From: Mobula hypostoma
Taxonomy: Eukaryota
Length of the DNA stretch: 64,000 nucleotides
NCBI RefSeq assembly: GCF_963921235.1
Contig: NC_086098.1
Span: 6,758,001 to 6,822,000 of the forward strand
Direction of reading: 5' to 3'
Below the pieces are notes generated by a model. The model did no database searches and was not told the origin of the DNA. It saw only the letters and a program-made list of their open reading frames with translations. Made by a program: the position numbers and the translations under genes. Shown here piece by piece: positions 1 to 13,426 of the stretch (the first letter of the stretch is position 1; every line of letters starts with the position of its first letter).

Positions 1-297
1 ATATTACAGTACAGTACAGGCTCTTTGGCGTTTGGCCACCGTGCGCTGTCATACTTCAAGGTTCATCTAACCCTTCCCTCCCACGTAGCCCTCCATTTTC
101 CTTTTCAAGGTGATCTGAAGTGAAGGATGTACTTACCTAACGCAGGACAAAAATTTGGACACAATTCCATTGCTGAAAGATCAACACTATAACAAACAAA
201 TTAATACAATTCAACGATAACAGCAGACAGTTTGCACACCCGCTGTATGACGTGATATACAGCAAGTCTTTTGCAGTCTACAAGGACGAACTCAGAC

Positions 298-513
298 TTA
301 TTTATTGAGATACAGCCCTGAATAGGTCCTTTCTGCTCTTCGAGATGTGCTGGCCAGCAATCCCCTGATTTAACCCTAGCTAAATCGTGGGACAATTTAC
401 AGTGAACAATTAACCTTCCAACTAGTACGTCCTTGGACCATGGGAGGAAGTTGAAGTACCCAGAGGAAACCCACGTGGTCATGGGAAGAACATGCCAACT
501 CCTTACCGACAGC
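298..513 (-). mobile_element. V-SINE/HE1-like SINE fragment
   Basis: Shares gggaggaa..gtacccagaggaaacccac and ggacaatttaca..acaattaacc blocks with many copies in the window. Confidence 0.7.
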
Positions 514-1010
514 TTGTCTGTCCCACAAAAGGTTCCCAAAAAGGAGACACAACTCCCAGCTCTGCTACCTACTCAAAGGACTTCCACTTCAGTTCTCTTT
601 GTCCTCCTGAACTGCTCAAGTGAACCTCAGATGGAGCAAATCCATAAGTTCTTTTTTGTTTCATTACTGGTGGGAGACACTTCAGTTTCCAGGGGAATGC
701 AATGGATAAATACCCTACCTGAGTAGGCTGTTAGACTTCTGATCTAAATAGTTTCCCCTGACAGAATTTTGTCCGGTTTATATTGCTTACAGTGAATGGG
801 TGAGGGAGGGTTTTATATTCATTCTGGAGCTAAACCCAGAACACAGACTGGCTGGAATCAGCCTTTTCCATGATGGTGTCTGTGGTATTTATAGGATATT
901 TCAGGAAAATGGAGAGCACCTGATGGTGAATACTGTAGCAAACAAGTTATTACATAAATGATGAACGCACTAACTATTTATGCAACATCAATATGAATAA
1001 TATAAACCGG

Positions 1011-1175
1011 AAATTTTGCAGTTGCTGGAAATCTGGAATACCTCATGCACACAAAATGCTGGAGGAACCCAGCAAGTCGGGCAATGACTATGGAAGGGGA
1101 TAAAGGGCCGATGTTTTGGGCCAAGGAAGGATTTAATGAAGGGTCTCGGCCTGAAACATCAACCCTTTATTCCTA
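1011..1175. mobile_element. Penelope-like terminus foldback fragment
   Basis: acacaaaatgctggaggaa...atgttttgggcc followed by the inverted gaagggtctcggcctgaaacatc. Confidence 0.6.
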
Positions 1176-1629
1176 ATATGAATATTTTTTTTAATTATCT
1201 ATTCATCTTTCTGGTGCAAAGTGAAGTAATAACCCAGTTTTGCTTTAATTTTGTGAGATATCTTTCTGATATTGGTTATATGTTTCATTTCCCATTTCCC
1301 AGTTAGGTATAAATTTCTTTTTAAAATTTATGCCTCACTAGAACTTACCTTAAACAGTGCAGCTATGCTTCTCTCAGGGGTCGACAGCTACTTGCATATA
1401 ATTCACAGGACACAATTCCCTGAGCAAAAGTTTCAAGCACTTCAGAATAATTTGCTTTGATTAAATCAGAACATTGGAACACATATTTATAGTTGAATTT
1501 GTACAGGAAGGACTTCTGCTAAGTTGTATGTTTCAAAATTGCAAAATTCTGAAAAGTAAATTAGAATTATTCCACAGAAATATATGATACTAATAAATTA
1601 AATGAATCAAGGTAACAACGACAATAAGT

Positions 1630-2010
1630 GCCCCACCAACCAGGCCATGGTCTCTTCTTGCTGCCACCATTGGAAAGGAGGCTCAGGAGCCTTGAGTCCC
1701 ACACCTTCGGGTTCAGGAACGGTTATTACCCTTCGACCACCAGGCTCCTGAAAGAGTGTGGATACTTTCACTCACCTCAACACTGAACTGATTCCACAAC
1801 CTATCGACTCACTTTCAAGGACCCTCAGTATGTCTCAGTATTGCACAGTTTGTCCTCTTCGCATGTTGGTTGTTTTTTCAGTCTTTGTCTGTAGCTTTTC
1901 AATGATTCTATTGTTATTCTACGTTCTTCTGTGAATGCCCACAAGCAATTGAATCTCAGGGTAGTAGGTGGTGATATAAAGTAATCTGATATTAAATTTA
2001 CTTTGACCTT
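1630..2010 (+). mobile_element. Rex1/Babar-like LINE 3' fragment
   Basis: Decayed HPGHxLFSLLPSGRRYRSL-type end followed by the recurrent 3' UTR ending in aaatttactttgacctttga. Confidence 0.6.
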
Positions 2011-2339
2011 TGAGTACGAACACTGTGAAATATATAGACTGGTTATTCAGTGAAACTAGAGCACCTTCAGCATTCACCATCAGAAGACAAAATGGTCTGT
2101 CAAACACAAGCAATGCTGTGTCAGAATCTTGAAGATGAAATCTCCATGTTTATATTTGAGTTGTCTTTCATGAATTTAATTAATATGTGTGCTCATTCAG
2201 ATGAAACATGTTAATGTAACGTTCAGTGTCAGTATTGATGATGGCAAAGACAGGGAAGTCAGGGATACAATAACTCCGCCGTGCAATACGTGTTCACTTA
2301 TTCAGCAATTTTCTCACCTTCCATGAGAGAGAGAGAGAA

Positions 2340-2845
2340 CAAGGATGTAATGCCGAGCCTTTATAAGGCATTGGTCAGACTGCACTTGGAGTACTTTGAG
2401 CAGTTTTGGGCACCTTAACTAAGAAAAGATATGCTGGCATTGGAGAGGGTCCAGAGGATTTTCATGCAAATGGTCCCGGGAGTGAAAGGGTTAACGTATG
2501 AGGAGCATTTGGTGGCTTTGCCTGTACTTGCTGGAGTTCTGAAAGAATGAGGAGGGGGTATATCTCGTAGAAACCTATTGAATATTGAAAGACCAAGAAA
2601 GAGTGAATGTGGAGAGGATATTTTCTATAGTGGAGGAGCCTAGAACCAGAGGGTACAACCTCAGAATACAAGGACATCCCTTTAGAAGGGAGATGTGGAG
2701 GAATTTCTTTAGCCAGAAGGTGGTGACTCTGTGAAATTCAGTGTCACCGATGACAGCGGAGGCCAATTTATTTGCTATACAATTGCAGTGCAGACTTGAT
2801 GGGCTGAATAGCCTAATTTTGGTCCTATATCTTATGATCCTACTC
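2340..2845 (+). mobile_element. CR1 LINE 3' fragment
   Basis: LYKALVRxHLEY and LERVQR motifs; nucleotide similarity to 7680-8280. Confidence 0.8.
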
Positions 2846-2865
2846 TCTTCAGTCTAAATATACCA

Positions 2866-3785
2866 CTGTGCACCTGGGTGTTGGACGTCCTAACGAACCG
2901 ACTTTAGAGAGTCAGGATACACAACCGTTCCTCCCCGCCCCCCCCACCCCCCCAGTGGAAGGGCTCATCACCAGCAGTGATGAGACGGCCTATAGAGAGG
3001 AGGTGCCAGGCAAATAACCTCTTCCTCAGTGTCAGTAAGACAGCTTCAGGAGAACTCGTACCACTCACACCTGTCTTTACATCGGTGGCACAGCAGTGGA
3101 AACTATGAGCAGTTTCAATCTCCTGAGAGTTCATGTCTCACACAACCTCTCATGTCCCCAAAACACATCCTAGATAATCAGGGAAGCTCACCGTCACCTC
3201 TACTTTTTGAGGAGGCTGAAGAAAGCTGTACTATACACAGATATACTGGCGTCATTCTACAGATGCACAGTAGAGAGCATCCTAACATGCTGCATCACTG
3301 TCTGCTATGGAAACCGCACTGCGATGGACCGGAAGGCTCTACAGCGAGTAGTCAGAACTGCCCAATGCGTCACTGGCACAAGTCTACCCATCATCCAGGA
3401 AAGGCACAGGAAAAGGGCTAGCGATATCATGAAGGATCCCACCTGCTCTGCTCATGGACTGTTTCTCCCACTCCGTTCAGGGAGGAGGTTATGTAATGTC
3501 CATGCCAAGACCACCAGACTCAAAAAGCATTTACTTTCCACAAGCAGCAAGGCTGATCAACACCTCCACCCAATAACTTCACCACTCGTCAGTCTCCTTA
3601 TGTAGTCTAGTGTCACTTTATAGACATACAATCAAATATAAGCTATCTTATGCATTTATATTTATTGTGTATCTTATTTTATTATTGTTTTTCTATTTTC
3701 TTTGTGCTGCATGGAATTCAGAGTAACAATTATGTCATTCTCCTTACACCTGTGTACAAGAAATGACATTAAACAATCATGAATC
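2866..3785 (+). mobile_element. Rex1/Babar-like LINE fragment, internally deleted
   Basis: ORF 3207-3605 (FYRCTVESILTCCITVCYGN...LQRVVRTAQ...IMKDPTCSAHGLF) is homologous to 15107-15718. Confidence 0.8.
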
Positions 3786-5446
3786 TGCCAGACAGACTCC
3801 TGATTTTGCCGTTTTGAGCTCCTTCAGAATTCGCCAAATCTCACAGCATTTAGAATGCCAAAAGGTTGACATTTTAATCTCATCTGATTGGACTATATTT
3901 GACATCTTAAGAGAAGAAATGGTAAAAGTTGTGCATTTAATAATTGAGTAATATTGTAAATATTGCGAGATTAAGCATTCTCGTTCGTTTAAATAATTCA
4001 TTACGTGTTATATGTGATGGCATATGTTATCACTTCTCCATGCAGTACCACACCACGCTTAAAGTAAAAAGGAAATTAAGACAGGCATTCTGGTCTCTCT
4101 GTCTTTTCCTTGCAGTTAGTTTTATATATTTGAGTTACTAAACATAACGGTAAACTTTTGCATCATGTCAGTCCATGTGAATAATATTTGAATATTAACA
4201 AACGTTATTCCCAAGCCACAGAGTTCTCCTACAGCAATTATATTTCAAATATCCGATGGTCAGATAAGATCCACAACTTTACAGCCTACAAGGGGTTAAT
4301 TTACCTGGCAGTGTAAGACAATAAAGGCACAACTTTCCCTTGACTGGAGTTGCCCTGCAGTCAGTTATCCAGCAGAGGCTTTTGTGTGAGCCTTGCAAAT
4401 CTTGCGGCATAGAAACAGCAGAAGGACTTCAGTAACAGGGTGCCTGTCTGAGGTAAATGAATATCAACACTTTTCACATTCCAGTAGTTGTCCGCACCAT
4501 TACAGGGGGGCTTTTCATAAATGGGATTTAGAGGGGATTGTTACTCAGCTCTTCAGAAAGGTTTCAGTTTATCTTTGAGGTAATCAGATGAAAGAGATGC
4601 AATTTTGGCAGAAGGTGGCTGTATTGAGTGGCTTTGTTGTCTGAGCTTGTCTTTGTAGAGTGTCTTAGACAGAACACTCTTGGTTAGTTCGTTCACATGA
4701 AGGCTCTTAATGCAGCTACTTTTCCTGCTGCCAACAGGTATTACTTGATCCGGTCATTGTGCTGAGCAAGTCTGCCTTCCAGAGTTAGATGGACATACAT
4801 TTAGAATGGAGATGAGGAGGAATTTCTTTAGCCAGAGGGGGGCGAATCTGTGGAATTCATTGCCACAAACAGCTGTGGAGGCCAAGTCATTGGGTGTATT
4901 TACAGCAGACATTGTATCTTCCCTGAATCCGAATGGGAAAAAGTCAATCGATGTTTACTAAGTGAAATTATGTCACTGTCCTGAAAATATAAGAGCAGCA
5001 AACAGAAAGATTAATGCCTGGGTTTTGAGTGTTAGCTCACTCAGAATATCCATAGACATTAATCTGAATATTCTGTTTTACCCAAATTAGTTCCAAGTTT
5101 CCATAGTTGTATGTATTGACTTTTTACAATTATTTAGCGGTAACGCGGTGACAGGCCCTCCCGTCCGAAAGTGTCTTTGTTACACAATTACATTCATATG
5201 GCTATTTAACCTGCTAACCAGTACATGTTTGGAAATTGAGAGAAGTCTAAAATTAGAGATGATAGTCTCAGTTGAAAGACTTTAGTACTGAAGTGAATAA
5301 TAATTGCTTCAATCCATGTGTGAAGAACCTTATTTTGTTAAAGGACTGGGAATTCTCAGTCCCAGCTTATAGTCATGATAGAATTTTGGACACCAGTGAA
5401 TCAAGGAATCTTGTGGATTTCCCAGTTTTATACGACTGATTCGAAA

Positions 5447-5665
5447 TGGGGCAGCACGGTAGCATAATGCCAGCAACCTGGGCTCAGTTCTTGGGATCTG
5501 TGAGATAAATGTGCGTTCTCCTCGCGACCACGTGGGTTTACTCTGGGTGCTCGGGTTTCCTCTTGCATTCCAAAGTCGCGGGTTAGTAGGTTAACCGGTC
5601 ATAGGGGTGGAATTGGCTCGCTGGGCCTCAAGGGGATGTTACTGTGCTGTATCTCTAAATAAATA
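5447..5665 (+). mobile_element. V-SINE/HE1-like SINE
   Basis: tRNA-like head ggggcagcacggtagc, central gtgggtttactctgggtgctcgggtttcctc, tail ctgtatctctaaataaata. Confidence 0.7.
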
Positions 5666-5821
5666 CAATAAACATTTGCTGTAATTTTATTAATTTGAAG
5701 AGCAGGCTCGAAGAGCCAAATGGCCTGGTCTTATTCCCCTCTTCTGATGGTTTGGCTTTAGAACCTCTGTGGGGATTGATACAAGTAGTCCCATTGCTTG
5801 TCCATGTGACCCATATTAGTA

Positions 5822-6368
5822 AGACCACAAGACCATAAGATACAAGAACAGAATTAGGCCATTTGGCCCATTGAGTCTGTTCCCTCCGCCATTTCATCAT
5901 GGCTGAGCAATTTTCCCTCTCAGCCCCAATCTCCTGCCTTCTCCCCAGATCCCTTCATGCCCTCACTAATCAAAAATCTATCAACCTCTGTCTTAAAAAT
6001 ACCCAAAGACTTGGCCTCCTCATCATCCTGTGGTGAAGAACTCCACAGGTTCGTCACTGTCTGGCTAAAGAAATTCCTTCTCGCCGTTCTAGATATCCCT
6101 CTCTTCTGAGGCTGTGCCTTCTGGATTTAGACTCCTCCCCCCACCATAGGAAACATCCTTTCCACATCCACTCCATCAAGGCTTTTCACCATTTGATGGT
6201 TTTCAATGAGGTCACCCCTCATTCTTCTGAATTCCAGTGAGTACAGACCCAGAGCCATCAAATGCTGTTCATATGACAAACATGGAATAAGGTTCATGAA
6301 CCTTCTTTGTACCCTCTCCAGTTTCAGCACATCCTTCCTTAAATAAGGGGGCCCAAGATTGCTCACAA
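5822..6368 (-). mobile_element. Older CR1 LINE 3' fragment (continues at 8287-8330 after a nested insertion)
   Basis: ORF 6127-6366 PYLRKDVLKLERVQRRF...[17 protein letters not shown]; ends gctcacaa at 6368 and resumes aatactccaagtgaggcctcacc at 8287. Confidence 0.85.
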
Positions 6369-8286
6369 GGGCTTAATTAGGAAGGGGAAAAAAGATTATG
6401 AGAGAAAACTGGCAGGGAACATAAAAACGGACTGTAAAAGCTTTTATAGATATGTAAAAAGGAAAAGACTGGTAAAGACAAATGTAGGTCCCCTGCAGAC
6501 AGAAACAGGTGAATTGATTATGGGGAGCAAGGACATGGCAGACCAATTGAATAATTACTTTGGTTCTGTCTTCACTAAGGAGGACATAAATAATCTTCCA
6601 GAAATAGTAAGGGACAGAGGGTCCAGTGAGATGGAGGAACTGAGCGAAATACAAGTTAGTAGGGAAGTGGTGTTAGGTAAATTGAAGGGATTGAAGGCAG
6701 ATAAATCCCCAGGGCCAGATGGTCTGCATCCTAGAGTGCTTAAGGAAGTAGCCCAAGAAATAGTGGATGCATTAGTGATAATTTTTCAAAACTCGTTAGA
6801 TTCTGGACTAGTTCCTGAGGATTGGAGGGTGGCTAATGTAACCCCACTTTTTAAAAAAGGAGGGAGAGAGAAACCGGGGAATTATAGACCGGTTAGCCTA
6901 ACGTCGGTGGTGGGGAAACTGCTGGAGTCAGTTATCAAGGATGTGATAACAGTACATTTGGAAAGCGGTGAAATGGTCGGACAAAGTCAGCATGGATTTG
7001 TGAAAGGAAAATCATGTCTGACGAATCTCATAGAATTTTTTGAGGATGTAACTAGTAGAGTGGATAGGGGAGAACCAGTGGATGTGGTATATTTGGATTT
7101 TCAAAAGGCTTTTGACAAGGTCCCACACAGGAGATTAGTGTGCAAACTTAAAGCACATGTTATTGGGGGTAAGGTATTGGTGTAGCTGGAGAATTGGTTA
7201 GCAGACAGGAAGCAAAGAGTGGGACTAAACGGGACCTTTTCAGAATGGCAGGCGGTGACTAGTGGGGTACCGCAAGGCTCAGTGCTGGGACCCCAGTTGT
7301 TTACAATATATATTAATGACTTGGATGAGGGAATTAAATGCAGCATCTCCAAGTTTGCGGATGACACGAAGCTGGGTGGCAGTGTTAGCTGTGAGGAGGA
7401 TGCTAAGAGGATGCAGGGTGACTTGGATAGGTTAGGTGAGTGGGCAAATTCATGGCAGATGCAATTTAATGTGGATAAATGTGAAGTTATCCACTTTGGT
7501 GGCAAAAATAGGAAAACAGATTATTATCTGAATGGTGGCCGATTAGGAAAAGGGGAGGTGCAACGAGACCTGGGTGTCATTATACACCAGTCATTGAAAG
7601 TGGGCATGCAGGTACAGCAGGCGGTGAAAAAGGCGAATGGTATGCTGGCATTTATAGCGAGAGGATTCGAGTACAGGAGCAGGGAGGTACTACTGCAGTT
7701 GTACAAGGCCTTGGTGAGACCACACCTGGAGTATTGTGTGCAATTTTGGTCCCCTAATCTGAGGAAAGACATCTTTGCCATAGAGGGAGTACAAAGAAGG
7801 TTCACCAGATTGATTCCTGGGATGGCAGGACTTTCATATGAAGAAAGACTGGATGAACTGGGCTTGTACTCGTTGGAATTTAGAAGATTGAGGGGGGATC
7901 TGATTGAAACGTATAAGATCCTAAAGGGATTGGACAGGCTAGATGCAGGAAGATTGTTCCCAATGTTGGGGAAGTCCAGAACGAGTGGCCACAGTTTGAG
8001 GATAGAGGGGAAGCCTTTTAGGACCGAGATTAGGAAAAACTTCTTCACACAGAGAGTGGTGAATCTGTGGAATTCTCTGCCACAGGAAACTGTTGAGGCC
8101 AGTTCATTGGCTATATTTAAGAGGGAGTTAGATATGGCCCTTGTGGCTACGGGGGTCAGGGGGTATGGAGGGAAGGCTGGGGCGGGGTTCTGAGTTGGAT
8201 GATCAGCCATGATCATAATAAATGGCGGTGCAGGCTCGAAGGGCCGAATGGCCTACTCCTGCACCTATTTTCTATGTTTCTATGTT
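6369..8286 (+). mobile_element. Young 5'-truncated CR1 LINE; ORF2 reverse transcriptase with one in-frame stop
   Basis: ORFs 6514-7185 and 7219-8193 are in frame, split by TAG 7183-7185. Motifs KSPGPDG, NYRPVSLTS, YLDFQKAFDKVPH, GVPQGSVLGP, KFADD. 3' UTR hairpin ggtgcagg/cctgcacc and (tttctatg)n tail. Confidence 0.95.
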
Positions 8287-8869
8287 AATACTCCAAGTGA
8301 GGCCTCACCAGTGCTTTATTAAGCCTGAAGATGTGATCATAGATAGGACCATAGAAAGATGCGACCATCTTTGAGCATCATGTGTTCATTGAGGATTTTA
8401 CTAAAGAAACCGGTGGTGTTTTTTTGATGAACCAGAGATTCTCAGGTACCTATGGACAGACAGAAAAGGTACACCCATATTATGAACATAAAGGTTGGTG
8501 TCTCTCATATCTGCAGCTGCACTCCCAACCTCTTCCCTTATTTCACAGTGTAAAGTCAAGTGAACAGCTGTCTCGCTGGGAATGCTTTCTTGCCTCGCAA
8601 ATTGGCTGTTTAGAGAGAGAGAAAAAAATCACCTGATCCTCTTTGCTGACAGCTGCATTGCATTCTAGGGTATCCCATAAGCCTCAGATACCCAGCGGGT
8701 GTCCAGGGATGACCACGGTACTTCCCATGGCATCAATTCCTCGTTAGTACCCTGCTTAAGCGGCCATGTGTCAGGCTTGACAATGAATACAGGCAAGGAC
8801 CTGCAACGGGTCAGATCAAATTCTCAGTCTTATTTATTAGCAATGTTTGTTTTCTTTTGCATATTAAAG

Positions 8870-9235
8870 TTCAAAGTAGGATATAATGTTGAGGCCTTAT
8901 AAAGCACTGGTGAGGCCTCACTTAGAATACTGTGATCAGTTTTGGGCCCCTTATTAGGGAAGGATGTGTTGACATTGCAAGGAGGTTCGTGAAAATGATT
9001 CCGGGATTGAAAGGTTTACGTATCATATTAGGAGTGTTTGATGGTTCTGGGCCTGTACTCAGTATATTTCAGAGGAAATAATGGCTGACTTATTGAAACC
9101 TATCGAACGTTGAAAGGCGTCAGCAGAGTGGATGTAGAGAGGATGTTTCTTTGGATCAGCCATGATGAGGTGGCAGTACAGACTCGATGGGCCAAATGGC
9201 CTAAATCTGCTCCAATGTCTCATGGTCTTATGGTA
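8870..9235 (+). mobile_element. CR1 LINE 3' fragment
   Basis: LYKALVRPHLEYC motif and CR1 3' UTR. Confidence 0.75.
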
Positions 9236-9534
9236 AATCTATTACCAAGTACAGGTACATATTTGAATCACAATCACATTTAGTATCACTGGCATATGTC
9301 ATGAAATTTGTTAACTTTGTGGGAGCAGTACAAAGTAATAAGTGATAACATAAAAAACTGAATTACGGTAAGTATATTAAATAGTTAAATTAAATAAGTA
9401 GTGCCAAAACAGAAATAAAAACGTAGTGCAGTAGTATTCATGGGTGGTGAGATATGTCACCATATACAACCTTGAGATGAATTTTCTTGCAGGTATTTTA
9501 CAGGTAAATAAATAAATACAATAGAATTTATAAG

Positions 9535-9905
9535 CACATCTGTAGATGTGAACCTCCCATTATTCAGGACATTTACAGTGACAGGTGTGTAAAAAGGGCC
9601 CAAAGAATCATTGGGGATCTGAGTCACCCCAACCACAAACTGTTCCAGCTGCTACCAAATGGGAAACGGTACCGCAGTATAAAGCCAGGACCAACAGGCT
9701 CCAGGACAGCTTCTTCCACCAGGCCATCAGACTGATTAACTGATGCCGACACCAACCGTATTCTTATGTTATATTGACTGTCCTGTTGTACATAATATTT
9801 ATTATAAATTACTATAAATTGCACATTGCACATTTAGACGGAGATGTAACGTAAAGATTTTTACTCCTCCTGTATATGAAGGATGTAACTAATAAAGTCA
9901 ATTCA
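9535..9905 (+). mobile_element. Rex1/Babar-like LINE 3' end
   Basis: Encodes IIGDLSHPNHKLFQLLPNGKRYRSIKARTNRLQDSFFHQAIRL; tail aataaagtcaattcaa. Confidence 0.75.
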
Positions 9906-10699
9906 ACTTTGCATTAGCTACGACTGACAACCAATGTGCAAAAAAAGACAAACCATGTAAATAAAAACAATAGACAACATTGAGAACACGTGGTAGAGTC
10001 ATTGAAAATGAGTCCATAGGCTGTGGAATCAGTTCAACGTTTCGACAATTCATCAATCTTTGGTTATATTTAGATTTTATTGAAGATTCTTTTGTTTTAT
10101 TTTGAATATGGTGACATATACTTTGAACTTTGAATTCTTGCCTGTATATTTAATGTATAGAACTTTACATAAGCTCCTTAAAATGTAAGAGTTACTCAGG
10201 TGAAGTGTAGCTAATGGCCAAGTAATGACCAGTGGATTGAATTAGGCCAGATATCCAACCGCTCATGGGTTAAGTCCAGCTCACCATTGGAAGAGCCATT
10301 TACTGCATTATAAACACCTCTGAGTTACAATTGCTGGTCATTGATTGACCAGGATAACATACTGAGCAATGTCTGGACAGATCCAATAATCCCTCAATCA
10401 ATTGACCTTTCTTTATTGATCTGGTCACTGGCCGGAGATGAGGATGGGTTGGGTGGAGTGAAGATGATTGATACAATGAGCTGGAATTGCTTTCTGACAT
10501 CTTGGACTAGCAGGTACGTGTGAATGTTCAGGTAGTGACTGACATATTGGAGTTCCATTAAGAATGTGCACTTCTGCAGAATATTGGAAACTGGAAACTC
10601 AAACAGGGCATTTGACAGTAACAGTCCATTTGAGGACCTACCATTCACTGGAGTTAAGAAACACTATGAGTAGGCGAAGCCCTTGGGTACAAAAACTTC

Positions 10700-11225
10700 T
10701 CCTCACCTGCCTATCACCTACTCTTGGTGCCCTTCCTCCTTCTATTTCTCTCTTCTGCTTACCTGCCTATGATTACTCTCTCCTCCTCCCTCCCTTTTTC
10801 CTATAGCCTACTCTCCTCTCCTATTAGTCATAGTCATAGTCATACTTTATTGATCCCGAGGGAAGTTGGGTTTCGTTACAGTTGCATCAACCAAGAATAG
10901 AGTATAGATATAGCAATATAAAACTATAAATAATTAAATAATAATATGTAAATCATGCCAGGAAATAAGTCCAGATTCCTTCCTCTCCAGCCTCCTCCAC
11001 CTCTCACCTCCTTGCTTATTACTTCATTCCCCTCTCCACCCACCTGGACTCACCTGTCACCTTCTAGCTTGTCCTCTCTCCTCTCTCCTCTCCACCACCT
11101 TTTTATTCTGTTATCTCCCCCCTTCCTTTCCAGTCCTGATGGAGGGTCTTTGCCTGAAACGTCGACTGCCTGTTGATTTCCATAGATGCTGCCTGACCTG
11201 CTGAGTTCCTCCAGCATTCTGTTTC
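10700..11225 (+). mobile_element. Penelope-like element 3' pyrimidine-rich terminus, interrupted by a short LINE tail at about 10826-10970
   Basis: Homologous to 22990-23320; ends gatgctgcctgacctgctgagttcctccagcatt. Confidence 0.7.
11131..11168 (+). ncRNA. Degenerate minimal hammerhead motif (Penelope-like terminus)
   Basis: CAGTC CTGATGG AGGGTCTTTGCCT GAAAC GTC GACTG: perfect stem I and GUC site, but core A9 and stem II altered. Confidence 0.5.
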
Positions 11226-11235
11226 TGTTGCAAAA

Positions 11236-11525
11236 GATTAGTTTTGTTTGTCACATGTGGATCAAAACATACAGTAAGATGCGTCATCTGCGTAAAATCG
11301 AATGGGGAGAATTTTGCTGTGTTGCCAATATAGCATGCTGACGCCTGCAACTCACTAACCCTAACCCTAACCCATAATTCCTTGGTTAAAATGTGGGAGG
11401 AAACCAGAGCACTTGGAGGAAACACACATGGTCACATGGTGGCCGAACAGACTCCTGTCAGACTGTGGTAGGAATGGAACCCCGGTCAGTGATCGCTGGT
11501 GCTGGAATAGCATTGCGCTTACGTT
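11236..11525 (-). mobile_element. V-SINE-like SINE
   Basis: tgggaggaaaccagagcacttggaggaaacacac core; B-box-like ggaatggaaccc on the reverse strand. Confidence 0.65.
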
Positions 11526-11616
11526 GTGTAAGGCTCCTGTGGTCATTGTTCACAAACCAGTGCTCAGAGCAAACCAGTTTGTAGTGTCAGATCGGTGGTA
11601 GAACCCCCATGATACT

Positions 11617-11850
11617 AGGGCAGCACAATGCTTTATACCCGCCGCTGCCTGTAAGGAGTTTGTACCTTCTCCCCGTCGCCGTGTGGGTTTTCCCACAGCT
11701 CCGGTTTCCTCCCACAGTCCAAAGACGTACCGGTTGGTAGGTTAATGGGTCATTGTAAATTGTCCTGTGATTAGGCTGGGAGTAAATCAGGGGATTGCTG
11801 GGTGCTGTGCCTCGAAGGACCTATTCCACATTGTATCTCAATAAATAAAT
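11617..11850 (+). mobile_element. V-SINE/HE1-like SINE
   Basis: tgtaaggagtttgtac...ctccggtttcctcccacagtccaaagacgtac...tgtatctcaataaataaat. Confidence 0.75.
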
Positions 11851-12719
11851 GAGTTATCCTTATCCAATTTTAAGGATGTTGTACTATGCTGTAAAGAGGT
11901 GTTAAAGGTGTTCCTGGTGGAATCGAATTAATGACATCATTTTGTTGGCTATGATTCTTTTGTTGAACGACATGGATTCTGTGGGATAGTTTGATGCTGG
12001 CATTGTCTTTGAATGATTTAATATAATTGCCTCTGTTCTGAACTCATAACACATTGATTATATCTCCAATACTCTAAAGCTGCCTAATCTATAATACTCC
12101 CTGGTTTGTCAAGGAAAGAAAAATGAGTTAAGGTCTTACAGAACAGAAGAGAAATCCTTGATCTTTTTGGTATGTTCCAGTCCATTTGAGTGAATTCCTG
12201 CCACTAAGGATTTTGTCCATTCTCCCGTGACCGTCTGGCTTCCTCCCATATTCCAAAAGCATACCAGTTATGGATAGTGGGTTGTAGTCATGCTATGTTG
12301 GTGCCAGAAGTATGGTAACCCTGTGGGCTGCCTCCAAGCACATCCTCGCTGATTTAATTTGATGCAAATGGTATGTTTTCATGTACTGCGCATGCGACAA
12401 ATGAAGTTATTTTTCTTTAAGATCGTAAATCTTTCTCTTCACAAGTAAAATATTTTCACCAGTTAGCACATCCACAAGGTGCATTGCCACAAGAAAGCAG
12501 CATCCATTGTCAAGACCATGCTCTCTTCTTGCTGCTGTCTTCAGGGAGGAAGTACAGGAGCCTTAGGTCCCACACCAGCAGGTTCAGGGAACAGTTATTA
12601 CCCTTCAACCATCAGGCTCCTGAGCCAGAAGTGATAACTTCACTCACCTCAATACTGAACTGATTCTACAACCTAAGGACCCACTTTCAAGGACTCTACA
12701 AATCATGTTTTCAGCATTA

Positions 12720-12822
12720 TCTGCCTATCTATCTATCTGTATATCTATCACCAATCTATCTATCTGTCTATCTATCACCAATCTATCTATCTGTCTATCT
12801 ATCACCAATCTATCTATCTATA
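12720..12822. repeat. (CTAT)n compound microsatellite
   Basis: Directly visible ctat runs with a repeated atcaccaatctat subunit. Confidence 0.9.
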
Positions 12823-12860
12823 AACCTGTTTTTCTGTTTGTTCCGTAAGATCGAAATAGC

Positions 12861-13426
12861 TGGGGGTGCTCATGTGGATAAGGTCCCACTACCTATTAAA
12901 TGCTATCAACAGCGTGTGTCTCAGTAGCTTCTGACAACCAGGTCCAGCTCCTGGCCTTCACATGTGGTTTAGCTACTAGGTCCGGTGGAACCATTTCTGC
13001 TGACAGAGGTAGGGTCAGAGGCGGGTTACTGGTGCCTGAAATCCTTTTGCTGTGAGCAAATGGGGCTCATCAGCTACGGTCGGCAGCTCGTCTAGGAGGA
13101 GGGAAGCTGTGAGTTCAGACCTCTGCTGACTTGTGGCTAGACCCACTCATGGGGAAGGCTTCGCGAGTAAACCCTGAGGGAAAAGTCCGGAGCTGGAGTC
13201 CATAAGGCAGTCCTATGTTGAGTTCAACGCTGACTGGCAACTCCTGTGACGCCGCTGGTGCCAAATTGTATCGGACTCTGCCGTTTCTTTGGGTTCACCA
13301 GCTGCCTGGAGATGAGGAGCCTGTTACACGGGGAACAGCTTGCCCTCCGTATCGTACTGCCCTGGCTTGCAAATCTAGACAGCTGGGATGCATTATCCAT
13401 GGTTGACCCTGACCAACGGAGGCCTC
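12861..13426 (+). mobile_element. Non-autonomous RTE-derived (bipartite UTR-type) element, copy A
   Basis: Collinear with the reverse complement of 36773-37327; no ORF; tail atccatggttgaccctgaccaacggaggcc shared with the SINEs at 26244 and 38168. Confidence 0.65.

Noticed and set aside
7524..8216. 230-aa antisense ORF
   Set aside because: Antisense shadow of CR1 ORF2, seen in other CR1 copies too.
10334..10352. ctggtca-ttgat-tgaccag hairpin
   Set aside because: A 7-bp stem is expected by chance in 64 kb; too short for a pre-miRNA.
12945..13010. CPEB3-like ribozyme hint (ctcctg..ttcac..ctga-cag(g)ag) in the RTE-derived copies A and B
   Set aside because: P1 and P1.1 could not be assigned consistently in both copies.
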